Below, one piece after another: positions 57,136 to 64,000 of a stretch of DNA of 64,000 nt. The stretch is taken from assembly GCA_043825875.1 (NCBI GenBank), contig JBDRRF010000076.1:160001-224000 (forward strand). The letters run 5' to 3'. Origin of the DNA: Pseudomonadota bacterium (GTDB lineage: Bacteria; Desulfobacterota; Desulfobacteria; Desulfobacterales; RPRI01). Below the pieces are notes generated by a model. It made no database searches and had not been told where the DNA came from. It saw nothing but the letters and a program-made list of their open reading frames with translations. Position 1 is the stretch's first letter. The number at the start of each line of letters is the position of its first letter. The position numbers and the translations under genes were made by a program.

Positions 57136-57768
57136 CTACTTATTCAAAAACATCTTCTTATCATTAACCAAATAATCCACCAGCAAATTTACACTCTCTT
57201 CAATAGTGCTCACACTGGTATCAATCACCAGATCAGGATTTTCAGGTTCTTCATAGGAAGAGCCTACACCGGTATAATTTTTTATAACTCCCGAACGGGC
57301 TTTTGCGTATAAACCTTTGGCATCTCTTGCTTCACATACATCAAGTGGACAACTGCAATAAACTTCTATAAAACTTTCTGGAGATATCAGCTGACGAAGC
57401 CACTTTCTGTTTGATTTATACGGCGAAATAAAAGCGGTTAACACAATTATTCCTGCTTCCAAAAAAAGCTTTACGGTTTCTCCTATACGTCTGATATTTT
57501 CGTGACGGTCTTTTTCCGAAAAGCCAAGATCACCGCATAATCCGTGTCTTACATTGTCACCATCAAAAACTATCGTTCTGCTCCCCATGTCATACAGTTT
57601 TTTTTCAAGGTTATGAGCAATAGTGGATTTTCCTGAACCGGAAAGCCCGGTAAACCAGACGGCTATACTTTTATGCCCATTAAGGATAGTTCGATCCTCT
57701 CGACTTACTAAAGATCTATGCCAGACAGTATTTTCACTTTTAGGAACTGAATTTGATTTTGTGTTCAT
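57136..57768 (-). CDS. cysC: Adenylyl-sulfate kinase
   Basis: WFTGLSGSGKSTIA, DGDNVRHGL..DLGFS..DR.ENIRR, FISPY, RD.KGLY.KAR, YE.P. Confidence 0.96.
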   Translation of the reverse strand: MNTKSNSVPKSENTVWHRSLVSREDRTILNGHKSIAVWFTGLSGSGKSTIAHNLEKKLYDMGSRTIVFDGDNVRHGLCGDLGFSEKDRHENIRRIGETVKLFLEAGIIVLTAFISPYKSNRKWLRQLISPESFIEVYCSCPLDVCEARDAKGLYAKARSGVIKNYTGVGSSYEEPENPDLVIDTSVSTIEESVNLLVDYLVNDKKMFLNK

Positions 57769-57809
57769 GAGAACCTTTATCTATTCTGGAACATCCCAAT
57801 TAATATATT

Positions 57810-58748
57810 TTAGCCAAATACACCAAAAGAACAAATATTCAGATAATGCATACGTTTCATCTCCCGTCTTCCTCTTGTTACACTGTCTAAAATAATGCCT
57901 ATAGTCAGATTAATAAAAGCTAAAAGCATTAATCCTGTACATAATATTGCGGTAGGAAAACGGGGGACAAGACCTGTCTCAAGATATGTTATTATAATAG
58001 GCCATGCTAAACCAAAAGACATAGCTGTAAAAACAACAAAAAATATACCGAAAAAAAATAGCGGCCTTACTTCTTTTAGAAGTAATATTATAGCAGCTAA
58101 AATACGAATACCATCTCTGAATGTTTTCAATTTGCTTTCAGAGCCAGCAGGCCTTGCATTATATGGAGCCTCAATTTCCAACACTGGCATTCGTAATTCC
58201 AGAGCATGTATGGCTAATTCAGTCTCTATTTCAAAACCTCTGGATAATGCAGGAAATGATTTGACAAAACGACGTGAAAAAACTCTATAGCCGGTCAAAA
58301 TATCTTTAAACCTATTGCCAAACAGCCGGGCTACCAAAGTTGTAAAAAGCCGGTTACCGAACTGGTGGCCAACACGAAAGGCATCATCTACTTCGGTTTT
58401 ATTGCGTGAGCACGAAACCATATCCAAATTGTTTCGCACAAGTTCATTGATCAAAATAGGTGCTTGTTCTGCATCGTACGTACCATCTCCATCTGCTAAA
58501 AGATATATGTCAGCATCTATATCGGCAAACATCCGCCTGACCACATTACCCTTACCCTGTAACGGTTCTTTACGTACAATTGCCCCTGCTGATTCGGCAA
58601 CCTGAAAAGTGAAATCGGTTGAGTTGTTATCATAAACGTAAATAGAAGCATCCGGCACAGCTTTTTTAAAAGACTTAACAACATCTGCAATAGTCGATTC
58701 TTCATTATAACAAGGTAATAATACTGCAATAGTATGGGTTTTATTCAT
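57810..58748 (-). CDS. Polyprenol-phosphate glycosyltransferase (GT2, GtrB/DPM-like)
   Basis: PCYNEE, YDNNSTD, GKGNVV, DGDGTYD, FEIETE, two C-terminal TM helices. Confidence 0.9.
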   Translation of the reverse strand: MNKTHTIAVLLPCYNEESTIADVVKSFKKAVPDASIYVYDNNSTDFTFQVAESAGAIVRKEPLQGKGNVVRRMFADIDADIYLLADGDGTYDAEQAPILINELVRNNLDMVSCSRNKTEVDDAFRVGHQFGNRLFTTLVARLFGNRFKDILTGYRVFSRRFVKSFPALSRGFEIETELAIHALELRMPVLEIEAPYNARPAGSESKLKTFRDGIRILAAIILLLKEVRPLFFFGIFFVVFTAMSFGLAWPIIITYLETGLVPRFPTAILCTGLMLLAFINLTIGIILDSVTRGRREMKRMHYLNICSFGVFG

Positions 58749-58771
58749 ATACTTATTTTCTCCATATTATT

Positions 58772-60100
58772 TTATGCTGATAATGCTGTTGTTTTGAATT
58801 TTTCTTTAAGTAAGGCAAAGCATTGCGAACAGGCAAATATCGCTAAGCCATAAATAACAGGCCTTAACGGAATGCTGTAACGAGGATAAGGAGCACCAAT
58901 AATATGTAAAGCAATAAAATAAACTATCAATAATGATAGGAGTCGTACGGCAAAGATAGTTTTATCGGATAGATTTTTTGTATAGAATTTCATCCATACA
59001 AGAAGCATAGATATAAACGCAGATATGACCAAAAACCAGTGCATACTCTTCATAAAAAAATATGTAATAGTAAAAAGTATTTTGTCAAAATAAGGAGAAT
59101 ATTTTACCGGATAAACAAATACATCCCCAGCACCTCCGACAATACTCCATGAAAACAATGTTAATGGCTTGTCAAGCAAATACCATTTAAAGTATTTGTA
59201 AGGTTCATTGCTGAAACGACGGATGATTTCTGAAATTATTGTTTTATAGTCTTGAGAAATTTTTTGGCTGTCTGGATCAAACCGATATGGCATTCCCCGG
59301 CTGGATGGAATGTCTTTATATGTAAAATCCGGATATATACCATGGTATATTGTGTTTTTAGTTAGTGTTGAATCCGAGATTTTTCCTATAACAGAAAGGT
59401 TATATAGAATCCAGGGAGAAAAAAGAATCAAAAAGCCCAATATCAAGGGCAAGGTTAAACGCAATGAGGCTTTAAAATTAGTTTGGCAAATAAACAATCC
59501 AATAGGAAATACAATAAAATACTGTAAGGTAGGCCTGGTTAATGTTGCACACGCAAAAACAATTCCGGTTATAAATGCAAGAACTATTTTATTTTTCGAA
59601 TGTGTTTCAATTAAAAGCCAAATAGAAAGTGCCATAAGAAAAGTAAATAAAGTTTCACTCAGCATATAAGTATTCATAGAAATCAAGTGAGGTGAAATAG
59701 CCGTTAGCAAGGCTGCAATAAAAGCAGGTATTTGAGAAACAAAATATCGAAAAATTCGATATGCCAAAAAAACAGTCAAAGTATCTAAAAAGGCCTGAAC
59801 TATATTTATTATAAACAACATTGAATCAGAAGGAGGATACTTGACAAAAGGTATTAAGAAAACAGGGTACCCTGGTGATCTCATTGTATCCGGCTTTATA
59901 TTATGACCTGCAAAGCTTTGGCGTGAGTATGTATGTTTATATTTTAAATTCAGGGCATAATTATAATATTCGGAAGCATCACTGCGAATGGGCTTGTCTA
60001 TTACCGTATGAATAACAGCATACATCCGCAAACCAAATGATAAAACAATAATTACTGTCAAGCCGATAAATCTCAGATAGTTTGGCTGATTTGAAACCAT
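58772..60100 (-). CDS. GT-C fold membrane glycosyltransferase (family 39/ArnT-like)
   Basis: DA.EY..YA.NL, R.PGYP.FL, LSETLF, LTRP, RY..P; multiple TM segments. Confidence 0.8.
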   Translation of the reverse strand: MVSNQPNYLRFIGLTVIIVLSFGLRMYAVIHTVIDKPIRSDASEYYNYALNLKYKHTYSRQSFAGHNIKPDTMRSPGYPVFLIPFVKYPPSDSMLFIINIVQAFLDTLTVFLAYRIFRYFVSQIPAFIAALLTAISPHLISMNTYMLSETLFTFLMALSIWLLIETHSKNKIVLAFITGIVFACATLTRPTLQYFIVFPIGLFICQTNFKASLRLTLPLILGFLILFSPWILYNLSVIGKISDSTLTKNTIYHGIYPDFTYKDIPSSRGMPYRFDPDSQKISQDYKTIISEIIRRFSNEPYKYFKWYLLDKPLTLFSWSIVGGAGDVFVYPVKYSPYFDKILFTITYFFMKSMHWFLVISAFISMLLVWMKFYTKNLSDKTIFAVRLLSLLIVYFIALHIIGAPYPRYSIPLRPVIYGLAIFACSQCFALLKEKFKTTALSA

Positions 60101-60229
60101 ATGTTTTATTCTGTTACCTAAAAAAGATTTTTACTTGGACAACATTTTAAAAATATAGTATTAAACAAAAAAATTAATCTCGAATTTTACTACTTGGAAA
60201 ATAAACTCATACAATCTTCTTAAAAGGGC

Positions 60230-62344
60230 TTGGATAAACACTTATACTCTGTGAATATGCGAAAAAATAATATCTGGCTGTTAATTATAGCCTCCGCATT
60301 TATTATATTGTTTTCATTTTATTCAAACGTCAGCCGTTCATACCCTTATTATTTTATATGGGATATGGATCACGTCACATCACTTGATGTTATACTAATT
60401 CAAAGCAGTTTGCTACCGGATCATATATGCCACCCCGGCTTTGGAATGTATTTCCCGCTTGTTTTCAGCACAAAAATAGCATCTTTTTTTAATATTATAT
60501 CTATTATAAATTTAGAAGAACTGGCTGCTTCAATAAATCCAATAGGAGGGTATGCGGAACTTACTGATTATATCAGAGCTCATTCGCCATTTATTGCTGT
60601 CGGTATTGTAATCATACTCACAAGCACGTTATGCTTTCTTCTTAACCTTCCGGGATGGTTTGCCTTACTTATTGCTTTATCCATAGGTACCCAAGAATCA
60701 TTAGTTTATCATTCCAGTATGATACGCACTGATTTCTACAGTGTTTTCTGGTGGGCTGCTTCACTGCCTATGCTTACAGCTCAAACGCACACAATGAAAG
60801 CAAAAAGCATCTTTTTATTCATTGGTGGTATTTTGCTCGGACTTTCGTTTCTTGCAAAGGTACAATCTCTTTTTTTAATTCCTTTAGCCATAATAATTTG
60901 CATTTTTGGATATTCATTTTCTCAATATAAAAATAAATTCTCAGTAGAAATATCCAGACACACTGCGATTATAATAACCTCAATAAGCCTTGCTGGATTT
61001 TTAATTTTTATATTTTTTATATCCGCAGCTAATTTAGTTATCATACCACCAGGTGTGCCAACGTGGGCAAAAGTTTTTGGCATAACACCTATTGTTTTTC
61101 TTTTCGGCACAGTTCTTTTTTTGCTGTTTGTTTACCAATTGTTCTTTACTGTCACAGGCAAATTCATATCAAAATATTTTCTATTATCATCATTTATCAC
61201 TATTATTGCCGCCGGTTTTCTTGCTTCATTTTTTCTTCATTTTGCAATCTACCCAGAATTAGGTATTTCCTTCAAGTACCTGCTGTTAGATTTCAAAATG
61301 ATGTTTCTAAGAGATTCCAAGCTGATGGAGCTTAAACATATCTCTATATATTTCAATGATTTCATATCTTATATTTTATACAATCCAGTGCCTTTTGTTG
61401 TAAATTTTATTCTCCTTGCCACACTTGCCATCAGTTACCGCTTCAAACTTATTAATCTATCATCCAATCAACTTCTGTTGTGCTTTCTGGCTACCGCTAT
61501 TGTATTCACTAATATGTTCGTTGCAACCAGGTTTATTATAAGAGATATTTTATGGAAGGAAATACCTCTTAACTTCTTAAACCTTCTGTTCTTAGCTATT
61601 ATACTTACACGTGCAATGCGATATGAAAAAGCGGTTAAATGGATTGGAAGCGGATTGATCATTTTGTTTCTTATTACAAATTGCATACATTCTGCAAAAA
61701 TGCCGAGCCGCATCGCTGCAAACTATAATCATTACGGCTGGGATAAAACTCAATTTTTTAATGGCACTTATGGCGGCAACCATCGTCTTTATACTAAACT
61801 TATAAGAAATAGATATACTCCTAATACCGCCATGTTCGCAGCAACTAAGGCGGTCAACCATAACTTGATTAAAAATACATTAAAATTCGTATTCCAGAAT
61901 CAAATAATTACCCACCAAAATATTGGAATCGTACTTGAAGGTATGAGTGTATATACAACCAATTTAAACTACAAAATAATACAAGCACCTGCACCGTTAC
62001 GCGGTGCAATAATTTTTGACAGTGCAAATGCCAAAATTGTTAAAAACCACTTTCTGAAACAAAAATATGTTCTTAGACATTCGGAATATCTTGATAAATT
62101 AACATCAGGATCAGACAAAAGCATTTCAGTTCTTCCACGGACTGATTTGAATATTTTCTTATTTGTCAAACCAAAGTCCATTCCTTCACTGCTAAGTAAA
62201 TATATAACTGAATCGTCCTATTCAATAACGCTTCAAAAAAATGGACAATCTTTTAATTATAAAGGCCTTGAAATAATAAATTACTGCGAGATAGCGTTGG
62301 AAAATTTGGGAAAAAACTATTTCTTTGTAATTCAAAAAACATAA
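60230..62344 (+). CDS. Polytopic membrane protein, possibly GT-C fold
   Basis: Many TM segments, HPG and RTD motifs, soluble C-terminal domain. Confidence 0.65.
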   Translation: MDKHLYSVNMRKNNIWLLIIASAFIILFSFYSNVSRSYPYYFIWDMDHVTSLDVILIQSSLLPDHICHPGFGMYFPLVFSTKIASFFNIISIINLEELAASINPIGGYAELTDYIRAHSPFIAVGIVIILTSTLCFLLNLPGWFALLIALSIGTQESLVYHSSMIRTDFYSVFWWAASLPMLTAQTHTMKAKSIFLFIGGILLGLSFLAKVQSLFLIPLAIIICIFGYSFSQYKNKFSVEISRHTAIIITSISLAGFLIFIFFISAANLVIIPPGVPTWAKVFGITPIVFLFGTVLFLLFVYQLFFTVTGKFISKYFLLSSFITIIAAGFLASFFLHFAIYPELGISFKYLLLDFKMMFLRDSKLMELKHISIYFNDFISYILYNPVPFVVNFILLATLAISYRFKLINLSSNQLLLCFLATAIVFTNMFVATRFIIRDILWKEIPLNFLNLLFLAIILTRAMRYEKAVKWIGSGLIILFLITNCIHSAKMPSRIAANYNHYGWDKTQFFNGTYGGNHRLYTKLIRNRYTPNTAMFAATKAVNHNLIKNTLKFVFQNQIITHQNIGIVLEGMSVYTTNLNYKIIQAPAPLRGAIIFDSANAKIVKNHFLKQKYVLRHSEYLDKLTSGSDKSISVLPRTDLNIFLFVKPKSIPSLLSKYITESSYSITLQKNGQSFNYKGLEIINYCEIALENLGKNYFFVIQKT

Positions 62345-62455
62345 AGATACCATCAAACAGATCATATAATTGTTATACAGCTCCGCCCCTTAAATTACAG
62401 ATGGCAAATAATTTATTTATTATAATACAATTAGTTAACAGTATTAACTAAAAAA

Positions 62456-63004
62456 TTATTTCTTCTTATTTTCCCATATCAAAATACTTGGGCGGTTCTT
62501 TAATTTCGGGAAAAAATCATTAAACTCTTCTTTACTTACAACCATTGATCTGATTTTTCTTTTTATATAACGTTCAGTTTTTCTGCTCAAATCATTTAGG
62601 TGAAACTGATCGATATTGCCTACAAGCAGCAGATCTATAATTCCGCTGTCTTTACCTTCTGCATAATCATCAATAAGGTATGCACGTTCAAGTTCTCCAA
62701 GCCTTTCCACTATACCGTCTATAACCTGGTCAATTCCCATTACCTTGCCAACCATTGATTTAAGTTCAGGAAATATCGGATGTTTAATATTTGCCATATA
62801 ATGAATCTTACGGCCTATTTTCTCTGATTTCAGAAGGTTGGTATTGGTAAGTTGATTTAATTCTTCACGTATTGAATTGCTTGAAACATCAAATTCTCTG
62901 GCAAGTTCTCTAAGATATGATTTGGCTTCAGGATTAAAGAAAAATCTTGTCAAAAGTTTGATTCTTGTTTTGGATGATATTAATCCTGAAAACAAATTTT
63001 CCAC
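62456..63004 (-). CDS. ArsR-like wHTH regulator with degenerate nucleotidyltransferase domain
   Basis: SKTRIKLL..FF.NP....YLRELA...NSIREELN.L, DYA.G.DSGIIDLLLVG. Confidence 0.8.
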   Translation of the reverse strand: MENLFSGLISSKTRIKLLTRFFFNPEAKSYLRELAREFDVSSNSIREELNQLTNTNLLKSEKIGRKIHYMANIKHPIFPELKSMVGKVMGIDQVIDGIVERLGELERAYLIDDYAEGKDSGIIDLLLVGNIDQFHLNDLSRKTERYIKRKIRSMVVSKEEFNDFFPKLKNRPSILIWENKKK

Positions 63005-63088
63005 AAAAAACTCCTTTATGAGTAGTTATCTTACTCATAAAGGAGTTGGAGACGCTTGTCAAGTATTTTGTAATTTTTATATTGCATT

Positions 63089-63436
63089 TTAAGCTTTATA
63101 TAATAGTTGGTCATTTTTATATTTCTTAATAGTATAGAATTCAAATATTTCCCTTCTTTCGTTCTCATCAAGTATTCCTGTAAACGGGCTTGAAGAACGA
63201 AGCCTGACTGATTCTTCGTTATCACCCTCAAGAATGGATAATATTTCTTCTTTGGTTTTTATTTTAAAAATGTTTTCCCATTCATTGATAGCGGTAGACT
63301 CCTCACCTCTATTTTTTTTCCATTTAGTTAAATTACGTTTCGGTATATCCCACAATTCATTATATATTCTAAGTTTTTTTGCAATCTCTCTGTGAAGCGA
63401 TGCTGATCTTTTATCGGCACGTTGCTGCATATTCAT
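63089..63436 (-). CDS. Hypothetical protein, partner of DUF6036-type NTase
   Basis: RS..LHR.IA.KL...EW..I...LR.SSPF.GIL...ER. Overlaps the upstream stop (ATGA). Confidence 0.7.
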   Translation of the reverse strand: MNMQQRADKRSASLHREIAKKLRIYNELWDIPKRNLTKWKKNRGEESTAINEWENIFKIKTKEEILSILEGDNEESVRLRSSSPFTGILDENERREIFEFYTIKKYKNDQLLYKA

Positions 63437-63987
63437 TTCATAAAACCTCTTTCTACTTCTCTCTCAATGACATTTCTTCTTTCTTCCGACATCAATGTTT
63501 TATGTAGCCTATTCAGCAGTGTCTTCTTTGATAATAACCCAAGCTTTACGGCCGCATAAAAAAATTCAGCATCTTTTTCCCGTCCCGCATAAAGTTTAGA
63601 TATTATCAGGTCATGAATTTCAAGACATAGCCCAGATATATTATTTGTATTCTCATTGCGTATTCTTACGAGTCGTTCTTCCCAACCTTCAGGGAGATTT
63701 GATGTCGTATGATCAACACCTTGTGCATAATAACCGAAAGTATCATGAAATGATGAAAGTTCTCCCATTATTGTTTCAACAAGTTCTACCTTCTCTCCTG
63801 ATTCGGGAATCATAATATCCGCTTCCATTGATCTAATCATTATTTTACAACTCTCCGAATCATCTGTTTTGTGGCTTAGTTCAGGATATTGTCCTAAAAC
63901 AGACTGACTGCCCAGTATGATAACCTTCTGTACTTTGGCTATCTCTCCTGATGCTCTGATTATATGCTCCAACTCTTTCCTGTTCAA
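63433..63987 (-). CDS. DUF6036-like nucleotidyltransferase-fold protein
   Basis: LEHIIRA, GSQSVLG, S.EAD, GELS.FH.TFGYYA.GV, LP.GW..RL, HDL..SKL.AGREKD. Confidence 0.78.
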   Translation of the reverse strand: MNRKELEHIIRASGEIAKVQKVIILGSQSVLGQYPELSHKTDDSESCKIMIRSMEADIMIPESGEKVELVETIMGELSSFHDTFGYYAQGVDHTTSNLPEGWEERLVRIRNENTNNISGLCLEIHDLIISKLYAGREKDAEFFYAAVKLGLLSKKTLLNRLHKTLMSEERRNVIEREVERGFMK

Positions 63988-64000
63988 CGTAATCTGCTCT

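Overview
AT-rich chromosomal window, most consistent with a sulfate-reducing Desulfobacterales-type deltaproteobacterium (inferred from gene content and order). From left to right: (1) Wood-Ljungdahl genes (cooS running off the left edge, acsD/cdhD with a long Ala/Lys-rich tail, an ASKHA/2Fe-2S corrinoid activator, fhs), a LOG-family gene, ptsH-ptsI and smpB. (2) tRNA-Asn(GTT) carrying an 8,286-bp integrated element bounded by a 53-bp direct repeat. (3) A sigma54-controlled sulfur-handling operon (DUF3373-type porin, YeeE, TusA, DsrE/F/H-like proteins, octaheme tetrathionate-reductase-type cytochrome, cytochrome b) with its divergent PAS enhancer-binding protein. (4) Na+-translocating decarboxylase subunits followed by GT4, radical SAM, epimerase and methyltransferase genes. 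(5) A large minus-strand ABC-transporter-dependent polysaccharide locus (glf, many GTs, three sulfotransferase-like genes, STELLO-like GT, wzt/wzm, cysC) interrupted by toxin-antitoxin cassettes. The strongest candidate for an undescribed system is the tRNA-Asn element, which looks like a cos-packaged phage satellite (PICI-like). It has a tyrosine integrase, an AlpA-like gene, a tandem-wHTH replication protein with an iteron origin, a scaffold-like repeat protein, and a Nu1/TerS-like gene enclosed by two inverted lambda-style cosQ-cosN sites. It also has two covarying copies of a structured leader RNA. A second recurring pattern is TA cassettes inserted behind a gene and closed by a duplicate of that gene's 3' end (three cases). 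All family calls are by eye; no database searches were run.
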